A DNA stretch of 64,000 nt. Origin: an uncultured Verrucomicrobiae bacterium. Its GTDB lineage: Bacteria; Verrucomicrobiota; Verrucomicrobiia; Chthoniobacterales; UBA10450. Where the stretch lies: NCBI GenBank assembly GCA_963801815.1, contig CAWDGJ010000002.1, positions 416,001-480,000 of the forward strand. Direction: 5' to 3'. Below the pieces are notes generated by a model. The model saw nothing but the letters and a program-made list of their open reading frames with translations. It did not search any database and was not told where the DNA came from. Below are positions 17,445-27,336 of this stretch, in pieces. Both the position numbers and the translations under genes were made by a program. Numbering within the stretch: position 1 is the stretch's first letter; each line of letters starts with the position of its first letter.

Positions 17445-18905
17445 TTATCTGCTCAGGGCTACAGAGGCACTTTTGGCAGACGACAAGCTATAACCCGATC
17501 CGGCCTGAAGTGTCATTGTCGCTGTTTTCCCCCGTTTTCCTACGGTCTGCTCAGTCAATGTCACCGTAGCTGAACTGGCGCCGGGCTGAATTGTGACCTG
17601 ACCAGGCGTTCCACTAAGCGAGTAGTTCGAACCCATGGTCGCCGTGCCGCCCATTGCGTAGGAGACTGTGACGGTCGTCGATGCCGCACTCGACAACGAA
17701 ATGGTAAATGTCGCTATGTCGCCAGTCCTAATGCTGCTCGGCGTAACTGAAAGCGACACTGAAATGCTCGAAGGAGGCGTGGGAGAAACCGTCGGTGTCG
17801 GCGTGGGTGTAGGTGTAGACGTTCCGCCTGACTTGAACGCAGTGTAATTGTACGGTTTGAAACTCCATGCTCCGCTGACTTGAGATGCAAGAGTTACGAA
17901 AATCGCTCGGCCATCGGTCGGAACGGTGACCGTTGCTGTCTGCGAGTGGATGAGGCCGGAGTTGTAAAGGTCGAAGCCGTTCTGTGAACTACCGACCAAC
18001 AGGACGAACCCAGTGGCGCTTCCTGCAGTCCAGGTAAAGGTCACACTGGACGAAGTAAAGGTGGATCCGGGAAGCGGGCTGACCATTTGCACGGGCGCGG
18101 GGGTAGGCGTTGACGTCGGGCTGGCGGTTGCGGTCGCGGTGGGGGTCGGCGTGGCACTTGGCGTCGCCGTAGGAGTAACCGAAGGAGTGGGAGTTGGAGT
18201 AGCACTTGGACTTGGGGTTGGGGTTGGACGAGGTGTCGGAGTTGGCGTCGGCGTAGGAGTTGGTGAACTACTCGAGGCGCCGTACAACGCTTGAATCCCA
18301 GCAATATCGTCCGGTTGCAGCGTGTACGAATTATTAATGTACGCGTTCATGATCGCCGTCGATACGCTTGAATGGGCCATCCCAAGAAGGTGACCGCTCT
18401 CGTGAAGCACGACGCGTTGAATATCGAAAACCGACCTCAAAGGGCCGCGATATGAATCCCAAGGCTGGGCGGTATTCACCACGATGTCCGCCTCGGACAT
18501 CGTGGACCCCGAGTAACTGTAATAGGTCACGGCCAGCGTGCTCCCGCCAAAGCTGTGCCCGAAAAATTTATTGCCAAACGAAAGAGAGTTAATGCGATCA
18601 CCCGAAACGATGGGAGCAGTGGAATCCATCACTCTTCCGAGTTGCAGATTACCCATCGCGTGGTTCCACATGTCGAGTGCCGGGGAAACTGCCGCGTTCC
18701 AAGAGGTATTGCCGTCGCCTAAGGTTCTGCCGGCCGAACCAAGCTCCAATTGCAGAACCGGACTGGAGCCATTTGGCCATTTTGGACCTTCGAGCGCATA
18801 GGCATTAGCAACTTCGGGGAGAGCCGCAGCAATGATTGTGACCCCAAGGCAGAAAAGGGCAGTCTTTGAGAGCGACATTGATCGGTTAGAAAGCGGAGGG
18901 GTCAT
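17445..18905 (-). CDS. Secreted matrixin (M10-like) metalloprotease with Pro/Thr linkers, an Ig-like domain and a Calx-beta-like domain
   Basis: [11 protein letters not shown] zinc motif (18372-18404), Met-turn AIMNA, (PT)n linkers, '[17 protein letters not shown]' Calx-beta-like segment. Confidence 0.85.
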   Translation of the reverse strand: MTPPLSNRSMSLSKTALFCLGVTIIAAALPEVANAYALEGPKWPNGSSPVLQLELGSAGRTLGDGNTSWNAAVSPALDMWNHAMGNLQLGRVMDSTAPIVSGDRINSLSFGNKFFGHSFGGSTLAVTYYSYSGSTMSEADIVVNTAQPWDSYRGPLRSVFDIQRVVLHESGHLLGMAHSSVSTAIMNAYINNSYTLQPDDIAGIQALYGASSSSPTPTPTPTPTPRPTPTPSPSATPTPTPSVTPTATPSATPTPTATATASPTSTPTPAPVQMVSPLPGSTFTSSSVTFTWTAGSATGFVLLVGSSQNGFDLYNSGLIHSQTATVTVPTDGRAIFVTLASQVSGAWSFKPYNYTAFKSGGTSTPTPTPTPTVSPTPPSSISVSLSVTPSSIRTGDIATFTISLSSAASTTVTVSYAMGGTATMGSNYSLSGTPGQVTIQPGASSATVTLTEQTVGKRGKTATMTLQAGSGYSLSSAKSASVALSR

Positions 18906-18966
18906 ACTTTTTATGACTTCTAGAAAAGCAGCATTCGTGCGCGTATTTACCCAAAACGCAAGAATG

Positions 18967-19398
18967 CTATGGAACGATAAAAATCTTCTGCGACTCGGGG
19001 TCTTTTACTTTGCTTCCCGGCGCGTAACCGCTGACATCGATGTAGCCCCCATTGGCCGTGAACGGATTGAAGACTAAACCCGGTTTGCCCGGGACCGGTT
19101 TTGCAACTGGAAACTGTCCGATGGTAGCTGTCGAAGTATTTGTCTTTGCCTCGGTCGTGGCCGGGGTCGGCGTCAGCGGCGGGGTGGCTGATCGTTGAGT
19201 AGATTTGCGTGAGGCAACCTGCGGCGATGGCGATGCCACAGGAAGCGGCCTTCCCGGCTCCGCTACATCCGATGTGTTTGCAGCCGGCTCTGCGCCGGAG
19301 GGGTGGAACGGCGACATAATCGTCCGGCCCACGCCGCAGCCCGCGAAACCAATTGCGATGGGCACGAACAACGCAATCGCCAGAAACCTGCAATTCAT
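18967..19398 (-). CDS. Hypothetical lipoprotein
   Basis: Lipobox FAG-C, Pro/Thr/Ser linker, compact C-terminal domain [11 protein letters not shown]...[11 protein letters not shown]. Confidence 0.7.
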   Translation of the reverse strand: MNCRFLAIALFVPIAIGFAGCGVGRTIMSPFHPSGAEPAANTSDVAEPGRPLPVASPSPQVASRKSTQRSATPPLTPTPATTEAKTNTSTATIGQFPVAKPVPGKPGLVFNPFTANGGYIDVSGYAPGSKVKDPESQKIFIVP

Positions 19399-19405
19399 CG
19401 CGTGG

Positions 19406-20458
19406 TTATAAATCGGCTTTCGTTGAACGCAACAAATCGGCGACAAATCGGTCAATGTCAGCATCAGCGGTCGCCCAGGAACTCATCAAGCGATAAACAT
19501 CCGGCTCGATAAATTTGTAAAAATGCCAACCCCGCGCCTGGAGACTGCGCGCGAGCGAATCCGAAAGGCGAACAAAAACCGCGTTCGCTTCAACCGAAAA
19601 CACAATGTCGATCCTCGCATCGCCTTGCAGACGTTCGCAAAGGCGCTTCGCCATCGCATTGGCATGCTCGGCATTGCGCAACCACGCGCCACTACTCAGA
19701 AGCCCGATCCATGGGGCAGACAGGAACCGCATCTTTGAAGCGAGTTGTCCCGCCTGTTTCAAACGATAATCGAATTCGCGCGACAGTTCTTTTTTGAAAA
19801 AGATCACCAGCTCGCCAGCGGCTAGCCCGTTCTTTGTTCCACCAAAACACACAACGTCGACACCGCGTTGCCAGGTAATCTCTTTCGGCGCGCACTTCAG
19901 TGTCGCAACCGCGTTGGCGAAACGCGCGCCGTCCATGTGCACAAACATTTCGTGTTTTCGCGCCAGTTCTGCGATCGCGTCGATCTCAGCCCGAGTGTAA
20001 ACGGCACCGAGTTCGGTTGCTTGTGTAATACTCACCACTCGCGGTTTGTGCGCGTGGAGCTGCGGTTGTCGCGCGATGACGGCGCCCACTTCGTTGGCGT
20101 CGATCTTGCCGCGGTCGCCGTTGACTAGCAGCAGCTTCGAGCCTCGTGTGAAAAATTCCGGCGCTCCGCATTCGTCCGTTTGAATGTGGGCCTGGTGGTG
20201 ACAAATAACACTGTGAAAAGGCTGGCAGAGTTGTGCGAGCGCCAGCGCATTTGCGGCGGTACCGTTGAAAACAAGATACGCGTCACAATCGGTCTCAAAA
20301 AGCTCGCGCACCAATTCGCGGAGTCGCCGGGTCCACTCGTCGTCGCCGTACGACTCAGCAGCCCCCCGGTTAGCTTCCTCGAGCGCAGCCAACGCTTCGG
20401 GACAAATCCCAATCGTATTGTCACTCGCGAATTCGTGGTGCTCGCCGGCCTTGTCCAT
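19406..20458 (-). CDS. ltaE: Low-specificity L-threonine aldolase
   Basis: FASDN, NGTAAN, DECGAPE, HMDGARFANA, FGGTKNG. Confidence 0.9.
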   Translation of the reverse strand: MDKAGEHHEFASDNTIGICPEALAALEEANRGAAESYGDDEWTRRLRELVRELFETDCDAYLVFNGTAANALALAQLCQPFHSVICHHQAHIQTDECGAPEFFTRGSKLLLVNGDRGKIDANEVGAVIARQPQLHAHKPRVVSITQATELGAVYTRAEIDAIAELARKHEMFVHMDGARFANAVATLKCAPKEITWQRGVDVVCFGGTKNGLAAGELVIFFKKELSREFDYRLKQAGQLASKMRFLSAPWIGLLSSGAWLRNAEHANAMAKRLCERLQGDARIDIVFSVEANAVFVRLSDSLARSLQARGWHFYKFIEPDVYRLMSSWATADADIDRFVADLLRSTKADL

Positions 20459-20725
20459 CGGGATTCCTTGCTAATCGACTTCGGCGCGCGCAGCAAATAG
20501 CAATCGACTGGAAGCAGAAATTGCCTGACGGACTCGAGCCCAAGGGCCTGCAGGGTCCGCCAGGCAAATCACTCTAATGCTCCCTGAATCTGAGCCGCTG
20601 TGATGGCGGCTCTAATCCCAACATTCGGAATTCACCGGCAAAGTGACCGTATCTGCTGGCAATTTTTTTGTTATCGGCCAATCCCCGCCTTTACCTCGGA
20701 TTGCGGCGCGATTAAATTTCGGCTT

Positions 20726-23700
20726 ATGGGCGCTCTCCAAGCGGAAGTCGAACGACGCGGCGAAAGAATCTTCGAGCTGGTCGACGAACATCCCGAACCG
20801 CTTTTCAGCAAAGCGGGCTTTTATCAGCGGATGATGGCGCTCTCGATGCGCGATGAGCATTTCAAAGTGCAGCTCTTTCGCTTCGTCGATGTTCTAGCAT
20901 CGCTCCATCGCGGAACCGACATCGTCCAGCATCTCGATGAGTACTTCGCCGACATGCGCAACGGCTATGGACCCCTGATTCGAACGGGCGTCCGCGCGGC
21001 ATGGATGATGCCGTGGATCAGCGGCCAGCTGCTGCGCTGGAATGTCTCCGGCATGGCGCGGCAATTCATTGCTGGAAGAAATCCGGAGGACGTGACGAAA
21101 ACGCTGCGTAAACGCCGCGCCCAGGGCATCGGCTTCACGGTCGATTTGTTGGGCGAGGCCGTCGTGAGCGAACAGGAAGCGACCGAATACTCCACTCGTT
21201 GTCTCGAGTTACTCGAACACCTCGGCCACGAAACGCGAGATTGGGGCGATCCACTCGGCAAGAACTCGGAGCTGTTCCCAGTCGTCAATCTGTCCGTAAA
21301 AATCTCCGCACTTTATTCGCAGATGAATCCGGCCGCGCCGGAGGACGCGATCGCCCATCTCGCGCCGAAGCTTCGGCCGATCTTGCGACGCGCGCGCGAA
21401 CTTGGGGCGTTCCTGAACTTCGACATGGAAAGTTTCACGCACAAAGCTGCAACACTCGAACTTTTCAAAACGCTCTTCACCGAGTCCGAGTTTCGCGATT
21501 GGCCGCACGTCGGAATTGTCATTCAAGCTTACCTCCGCGACGCGGAAGATGATTTACGAGACCTGTTCGACTGGGGACGTAAACGCGGCACGCGCTTCGC
21601 CGTTCGGCTGGTGAAAGGCGCCTACTGGGATTTCGAAAAAATAAAATCGCGCCAGAACGGCTGGGCCTGTCCGGTTTTTCTCCAAAAACCCGAGAGCGAT
21701 CTCAACTTCGAAATAATCACTCGAATTTTGCTCGAGAACGAATCGATCGTGACCGCGGCGTTTGGTTCGCACAACGTCCGCAGCATCGCACACGCGCAGG
21801 CACTGGCCGACCAGCTCGGAATCGACCGCAGCCGTTTCGAATTCCAGTTGCTCTACGGAATGGCCGGACCGGTAAAGCGCGCTCTCGTTGAAATGGGTTA
21901 TCGCGTTCGGGAATACAGCCCGGTCGGCGAACTACTGCCAGGGATGTCGTATCTTGTTCGCCGACTCCTTGAGAACACTTCAAACGAAGGATTTCTGCGC
22001 GCGAAATTTTCCGATAATGTCTCCGAGGCCGAACTGCTGCGCAATCCAGCCGATCTTGTCACACAGGGTCCGAACGGCGCGCGTCATGTCGAAGTTAATG
22101 GCGACGACGCTTCCCTCAACGCGCCCCCCGGCGATACTTATGAAAACGCACCGCTTGTGAATTTCGCTTACGAACAAAATCAGGAACGAATGCGCGCTGC
22201 GATCGAGCAGATCCGGCCTCAGCTCGGCCAGAAATATCCGATCGTTATCAACGGCGAGAAAATTTGGACCGAAAAAACGATCGCTTCGATTAATCCCACC
22301 TCACCGGACGTGGTCGTCGGCCATGTCGCCGAAGCAGGAATTCCGGAAGCCGAGCGGGCGGTCAAAGTTGCTCGCGAGGCGTTTGATCAGTGGAGCCGCA
22401 CATCATTTGAAACGCGCTGCCGATTGCTTGAGCGGGCTGCGGACATCATGCATCGCCGTCGCTACGAACTTTCGGCGCTGGAGGTTTTCGAGGTCGGCAA
22501 AGCCTGGGCCGAAGCAGACGGCGACATCCGCGAAGCAATGGATTTCTGCCGGTTTTATGCGCAGCAAATGCGCCTGATCGGCCGGCCGCGGCTGACTCAA
22601 CACGTTCTCGGCGAAGAAAGTTATCAGCATTACTGGCCGCGTGGCGTCGCCTTCATCATCGCACCGTGGAATTTCCCGCTCGCGATTTTAACGGGGATGA
22701 CGACCGCCGCGCTCGTTACCGGTAACAGTGTGATCTTCAAGCCTGCGGAGCAATCCGCGGTAATCGGCGCGATGCTAATGGAGATTTTCGAGGAAGCGGG
22801 CGTTCCGCGTGGAGTCTTGAATTATTTGCCCGGCAAAGGCTCGGTCATTGGCCAGCATCTAGTCGACCACAAAGATGTCGACCTGATTGCGTTCACCGGT
22901 TCGCGCGAAGTCGGATTGCGGATCTGGAAAAGCGCCGGCGAAACACGCGAAGGTCAGCGTGAGCTCAAACGGGTGATTTGCGAAATGGGCGGTAAGAACG
23001 CCGTGATCATTGACGCCGACGCAGACCTCGATGAAGCAATCGTCGATACTATTTACTCGGCGTTCGGTTATCAGGGGCAAAAATGTTCAGCCTGCTCGCG
23101 CTTGATCATCCTCGAAGAGATTTATCCCCGCGCGATCGAACGTTTACTCAACGCTGCAGCGAGTTTGCATGTTGGAAATCCGGAAGATCCCAGCGTGACA
23201 GTTGGTCCGGTGATCGATGGCAAAGCTCATACGAACATTCTCAATTACATCGAGAGTGGCAAACAAGAAGCGCGTCTCGCCTTTCAACGAGCGGACGTTC
23301 CGGAGAAAGGTTTCTTTATTCCGCCGACGATCTTCACCAACGTCAGCCCGAAAGCGAAAATCGCCTGCGAAGAAATCTTCGGACCAGTGCTCAGCGTTAT
23401 CAAAGTGCGGGATCTCAACGGAGCGTTCGAGGTCGCCAACAGCACCGATTTCGCACTCACTGCGGGATTTTTCTCGCGCAGTCCGGCGAACATTGAACGG
23501 GCCAAGGCTGAGATCTGCGCCGGCAACGTTTACATCAATCGCTCATGCACCGGCGCAGTCGTTGGTCGCCATCCGTTCGGGGGATTCAAGATGAGCGGCG
23601 GCGGCACCAAGGCAGGAGGTGCCGATTATCTTTTGCAGTTCGTGGTTCCGCGCGTCGTTACTGAAAATATCACGCGCCATGGATTCGCGCCGGAAACGAC

Positions 23701-23743
23701 ACCGCAGTACCGCGACGAATTTCTCTGGCCACCGCGACACTGA
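20726..23743 (+). CDS. putA: Bifunctional proline dehydrogenase / P5C dehydrogenase
   Basis: DLLGE, RLVKGAYWD, YLVRRLLENTSN; ALDH motifs PWNFP, FTGS, EMGGKN, GQKCSA, EEIFGP. Confidence 0.95.
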   Translation: MGALQAEVERRGERIFELVDEHPEPLFSKAGFYQRMMALSMRDEHFKVQLFRFVDVLASLHRGTDIVQHLDEYFADMRNGYGPLIRTGVRAAWMMPWISGQLLRWNVSGMARQFIAGRNPEDVTKTLRKRRAQGIGFTVDLLGEAVVSEQEATEYSTRCLELLEHLGHETRDWGDPLGKNSELFPVVNLSVKISALYSQMNPAAPEDAIAHLAPKLRPILRRARELGAFLNFDMESFTHKAATLELFKTLFTESEFRDWPHVGIVIQAYLRDAEDDLRDLFDWGRKRGTRFAVRLVKGAYWDFEKIKSRQNGWACPVFLQKPESDLNFEIITRILLENESIVTAAFGSHNVRSIAHAQALADQLGIDRSRFEFQLLYGMAGPVKRALVEMGYRVREYSPVGELLPGMSYLVRRLLENTSNEGFLRAKFSDNVSEAELLRNPADLVTQGPNGARHVEVNGDDASLNAPPGDTYENAPLVNFAYEQNQERMRAAIEQIRPQLGQKYPIVINGEKIWTEKTIASINPTSPDVVVGHVAEAGIPEAERAVKVAREAFDQWSRTSFETRCRLLERAADIMHRRRYELSALEVFEVGKAWAEADGDIREAMDFCRFYAQQMRLIGRPRLTQHVLGEESYQHYWPRGVAFIIAPWNFPLAILTGMTTAALVTGNSVIFKPAEQSAVIGAMLMEIFEEAGVPRGVLNYLPGKGSVIGQHLVDHKDVDLIAFTGSREVGLRIWKSAGETREGQRELKRVICEMGGKNAVIIDADADLDEAIVDTIYSAFGYQGQKCSACSRLIILEEIYPRAIERLLNAAASLHVGNPEDPSVTVGPVIDGKAHTNILNYIESGKQEARLAFQRADVPEKGFFIPPTIFTNVSPKAKIACEEIFGPVLSVIKVRDLNGAFEVANSTDFALTAGFFSRSPANIERAKAEICAGNVYINRSCTGAVVGRHPFGGFKMSGGGTKAGGADYLLQFVVPRVVTENITRHGFAPETTPQYRDEFLWPPRH

Positions 23744-23751
23744 TCGAACTA

Positions 23752-24009
23752 TCAGTTTTTGTAATACAACTGGATGACGGTGACGATCATGTAGATCACC
23801 GGCCACGCGGCCGCCGCCAGAATAATCCCGAACACCACCATCTCTTTCGCCCGTTCGCGCGCTGACTCGACCAGATATTGGCGGCCGAGATTGTACCGCC
23901 CAAAATCCCACTCATCACCTGAGTGGCCGTCCCAGCGGCTGTGACCGGGTTGAAAACAACAGTCCGTCTTCGGGAAACAATTACGCTGGGCTGAAGCCTG
24001 CGGTTTCAC
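23752..24009 (-). CDS. Small hypothetical membrane protein
   Basis: 85 aa, GTG start, C-terminal TM helix; fills the gap between putA and the hydrolase gene. Confidence 0.5.
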   Translation of the reverse strand: MKPQASAQRNCFPKTDCCFQPGHSRWDGHSGDEWDFGRYNLGRQYLVESARERAKEMVVFGIILAAAAWPVIYMIVTVIQLYYKN

Positions 24010-24086
24010 CGGGACTCACCCCAGCTTGGATCATTCCACGACGGGGTCAACGGATTGAACTTGTTGGTCTCCCGACTCACTCGCCG

Positions 24087-24962
24087 CTACTTCGCGGCTT
24101 TTTCGTCAATGCCGCTCGCCCCGCTCGCTCCATTCATCCACTCAATAATTTTTTCATGGCCGTGATTGAGCACGCTCACGTGGTTGGCGTTCTCCACGGC
24201 AAAAAATTCGGCGAATGGGAATTCGCGTGCGAGCTCGCGACCCATCCGGACCGGAATCACTTCGTCGCTTGTGCCGTGAAAGATCGCGACGCGCGCGTTT
24301 GGATTGCGCTTCAAGACATCTGCCAAATTGGCGCGATTATCGTAGCTCTCGATCAGCAATCTCGCGATCCATCCGCCAAAAATCGTCGCTGCTTCCTCCC
24401 GCAATGTGGTGAACGGCGCGATCAACACTACGCGTTCGACATTGCGCTGCGCGGCGAAATCGAGAGCTGCCGCTGCGCCTAACGAATGACCAATCGCACA
24501 TAGCTTGAGATGGTCTTCATCGGTTTGCAACTTTTCGGCCAAAGCCTTTAGCGCAGCGTCTGCGGAGGCGCGTGTGCTCGCGATGGTCGCGTAACCACCG
24601 TTTTTTCCGTAGCCGGGGTAGTCAATTAACAGGAATGCGTCGCCGTTCCATGGATAATCGCGGAGGACGCTCGTCCAATCGAGCGCGAGCGATCCGTTGC
24701 CACAAAATGAGAGCCAAACTCGCTTTGGCAATGGTTTGCCGCCACCCGGAAGATAATACGCGCAAAACTTCGCCGAGCCGACGGTGTACTTGATTTCTTC
24801 TCCGTCTGCCGGCAGCGCGTAAGCGTAGCTATCATCGTACGGCCGCGGATGATAAACCATCGCGTGCTGTCGAAAATAGAGGATCGACAGCACTAAAAGC
24901 AGAAGCACGCAGGCTCCGAGGACTATCCGAATTATCTTTCGTGTGAACGATCGATCGCGCAC
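24087..24962 (-). CDS. Alpha/beta hydrolase
   Basis: DYPGYG, GHSLG nucleophile motif, HGTSDEVIP, NH. Confidence 0.88.
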   Translation of the reverse strand: MRDRSFTRKIIRIVLGACVLLLLVLSILYFRQHAMVYHPRPYDDSYAYALPADGEEIKYTVGSAKFCAYYLPGGGKPLPKRVWLSFCGNGSLALDWTSVLRDYPWNGDAFLLIDYPGYGKNGGYATIASTRASADAALKALAEKLQTDEDHLKLCAIGHSLGAAAALDFAAQRNVERVVLIAPFTTLREEAATIFGGWIARLLIESYDNRANLADVLKRNPNARVAIFHGTSDEVIPVRMGRELAREFPFAEFFAVENANHVSVLNHGHEKIIEWMNGASGASGIDEKAAK

Positions 24963-25017
24963 CGTTCCTCAAGAACGTGCCCGTTGCGGCGCGATGCAAA
25001 TCGATTTTACCTAACCC

Positions 25018-25680
25018 ATGCTTTACGTTGTCGCCACGCCCATTGGAAATCTTGGCGATATCACGTTGCGGGCGCTCGAAATTTTGAAAGATGTCGATCT
25101 TGTCGCCGCCGAGGACACGCGACACTCGGGAATTTTGTTGAAGCGCTACCAAATCGACAAGCCGCTCGTTAGCTATCATCAACACAATGAGGCGATGCGC
25201 ACCGCCCAGTTGGTCGAACGACTTGCTGCCGGGGAGAAAATTGCGCTCATCACGGACGCTGGAACACCCGGACTGTCGGACCCCGGCGCGCGACTGATCC
25301 GCGAATGCATTAAACGCGAACTCGAGTTTACAATCATTCCCGGACCCTCGTCGATTCTGACTGCCCTCGTTGGTTCCGGCTTTTCGGCTGAGAAATTCTT
25401 CTTCGGCGGATTTCTACCAATCAAGAGCGGGCAACGTGAACGTGAATTGAAAAGCGCAGCTGCCCGCGACGAAACTTCGATTTATTTTGAATCGCCTTAT
25501 CGCCTGACTAAAACGCTTAAAGCCTGTCTTGCCGTCATCGGAGATCGACAACTCTGCGTCGCGCGAGAGCTGACTAAGAAGTTCGAAGAATTCCGACACG
25601 GCACCGCGGCGGAACTCCTCGCGCACTACGAAGCCCACCCGCCCAAAGGCGAAATCGTGCTTTTAATCAACGCGTTGTAG
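25018..25680 (+). CDS. rsmI: 16S rRNA C1402 2'-O-methyltransferase
   Basis: LYVVATPIGNLGDIT, AEDTR, DAGTPGLSDPG, RELTKKFEE. Confidence 0.95.
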   Translation: MLYVVATPIGNLGDITLRALEILKDVDLVAAEDTRHSGILLKRYQIDKPLVSYHQHNEAMRTAQLVERLAAGEKIALITDAGTPGLSDPGARLIRECIKRELEFTIIPGPSSILTALVGSGFSAEKFFFGGFLPIKSGQRERELKSAAARDETSIYFESPYRLTKTLKACLAVIGDRQLCVARELTKKFEEFRHGTAAELLAHYEAHPPKGEIVLLINAL

Positions 25681-25706
25681 CCGCGGCCGGAGACAGCGAC
25701 AGTTAC
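25677..25706. repeat. Degenerate GTAG REP-like element overlapping the rsmI stop
   Basis: GTAGCCGCGG...ACAGCGACAGTTAC; the TAG of the tag is the stop codon. Confidence 0.4.
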
Positions 25707-25780
25707 AACCTTTTCTGGTTGCCAAACCAGGCCTTCTGTGAGACTTTGCGCGGCTTTTTCTCCTCGGAAGCGCTGATTTT

Positions 25781-26092
25781 ATGACTTACGCAATCATCAA
25801 GACTGGCGGACGGCAATATCGCGTCGCGGAAGGCGACACGGTGGATGTCGATCTTCTGGACGTCGATCCGGGCAAAACAACCACGTTTGAGGTGTTGATG
25901 CATATCGATGGCGGGAAGATCAGCGACGGCGGGAAGGTCACGGCCGAAGTCGTCGAGCAACGTAAAGATAAAAAGGTCATCGCGTTCAAATATAAGCGGC
26001 GTAAAGGGTATCACCGCACGGTCGGTCACCGCCGGAAACTCACCCGGTTAAAAATCAAAAGCATCACCGGCGGTTCCAAGTCTAAGAAGTAA
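25781..26092 (+). CDS. rplU: 50S ribosomal protein bL21
   Basis: YAIIKTGGRQYRV; KRRKGY...GHR. Confidence 0.97.
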   Translation: MTYAIIKTGGRQYRVAEGDTVDVDLLDVDPGKTTTFEVLMHIDGGKISDGGKVTAEVVEQRKDKKVIAFKYKRRKGYHRTVGHRRKLTRLKIKSITGGSKSKK

Positions 26093-26095
26093 GTT

Positions 26096-26118
26096 CCCTC
26101 AACTCTCAACCATCAACT
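26096..26118. repeat. Heptamer tandem repeat (CTCTCAA family)
   Basis: CCCTCAA CTCTCAA CCATCAA CT; same unit as inside acnA. Confidence 0.65.
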
Positions 26119-26132
26119 AAGAACTCTCCGCA

Positions 26133-26387
26133 ATGGCACATAAAAAAGGACAAGGCAGCGTTAAGAACGGCCGCGACAGCGTCAGCAAACGCCTCGGCGT
26201 AAAGCGCTTTGGAAGCGAAACGGTCCTCGCGGGCAACATCATCGTCCGCCAACGCGGCACCAAGTTTTTACCAGGAAAAAACGTCGGCCTTGGCCGCGAT
26301 TATACGATCTTTGCCCTCGTTAACGGCAGCGTGCGGTTCGACCGCGGTGGCCGTCGGGTCAATATCGACCCGATTTCGACAAAATAA
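26133..26387 (+). CDS. rpmA: 50S ribosomal protein bL27
   Basis: [21 protein letters not shown]. Confidence 0.98.
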   Translation: MAHKKGQGSVKNGRDSVSKRLGVKRFGSETVLAGNIIVRQRGTKFLPGKNVGLGRDYTIFALVNGSVRFDRGGRRVNIDPISTK

Positions 26388-26433
26388 CTTCACTTCCCGA
26401 TTGGCCGCGAGTGCGGTATAACCGAACGCGTAG

Positions 26434-27084
26434 ATGAAATACCGCACGTTCATTTTGTTTGGAGCTCCGGGCAGCGGAAAAGGAACTCAAGGGAAGACGC
26501 TCGGCAGCATTCCGCGCTTCTTTCATTGCCCGTGCGGGGACGTCTTTCGCTCGATCGACACGCGGACGCCGGTTGGCAAAGCGTTTCTGGATTATTCGAG
26601 CAAAGGCCAGCTCGTCCCGGACGATGTCACGGTCGAGCTTTGGAAAGCGGCGATCGACGCCGCCGTCGATGCCCACAAGTTCAAGCCGGACATCGACATT
26701 CTCGTACTCGATGGAATTCCGCGGAACGTGAACCAGGCGAAAATCATGCGGGACATGATCGACGTGGAAAAAGTTTTTCACCTCGCCTGCCCGAACCGAG
26801 AAACGCTGTTCCAACGTTTGAAGAAACGCGCGTTGAAGGACAACCGACTCGACGATGCCAACGAGGAAGTCATCAAGAGACGGCTGGACATCTACGAACA
26901 GGAATCGAAACCCGTCCTGAAGCACTACCCGAAAGAATGTATCGCCGTGATTGACGCGATGCAGCCGCCCGCGAAAGTACTGTTCGACATCTTAGCGAGC
27001 ATAAACGGGATTAAGAGTGAACCAGCACCAGCACGAGCAGCAGCAGCCGCAGCCGCAGCCGCGACAGCCGCAGTCGCAGTTTGA
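26434..27084 (+). CDS. adk: Adenylate kinase (short-LID type)
   Basis: GAPGSGKGTQ, GQLVPD, LDGIPRN, RLDD. Confidence 0.88.
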   Translation: MKYRTFILFGAPGSGKGTQGKTLGSIPRFFHCPCGDVFRSIDTRTPVGKAFLDYSSKGQLVPDDVTVELWKAAIDAAVDAHKFKPDIDILVLDGIPRNVNQAKIMRDMIDVEKVFHLACPNRETLFQRLKKRALKDNRLDDANEEVIKRRLDIYEQESKPVLKHYPKECIAVIDAMQPPAKVLFDILASINGIKSEPAPARAAAAAAAAATAAVAV

Positions 27085-27310
27085 GAATTTCACCGCGTCG
27101 ACTCTTTACTGCGAGAAATGCCGGGCGACGACGCCCGTTCGCGAGCGATTGCTCCTAGTCCTGCCGGAAAAAGAGATTTTCGATTATCTCTGCACTGAGT
27201 GCGGTTCCTCAGTCGGCCAGCGCGAAGTCAGCGCCGGCGAAAAAATGACGGCTAAGGCGACGCGGCCGAGGAGGCAAGTTCGCATTCCGCTTAAACCTCG
27301 AAGTCGTTAA
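27017..27310 (+). CDS. Small zinc-ribbon protein
   Basis: CEKC...CTEC pairs, 'RERLLLVLP'; overlaps the adk 3' end by 68 nt. Confidence 0.7.
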   Translation: MNQHQHEQQQPQPQPRQPQSQFENFTASTLYCEKCRATTPVRERLLLVLPEKEIFDYLCTECGSSVGQREVSAGEKMTAKATRPRRQVRIPLKPRSR

Positions 27311-27336
27311 GTGGCCTGAGCCGGACTGGCACTACC

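Noticed and set aside
18100..18262. Repetitive GGNGTN tract and the (GV)n ORF on the plus strand
   Set aside because: Antisense of the Pro/Thr linker of the matrixin; not a CRISPR array or a separate gene.
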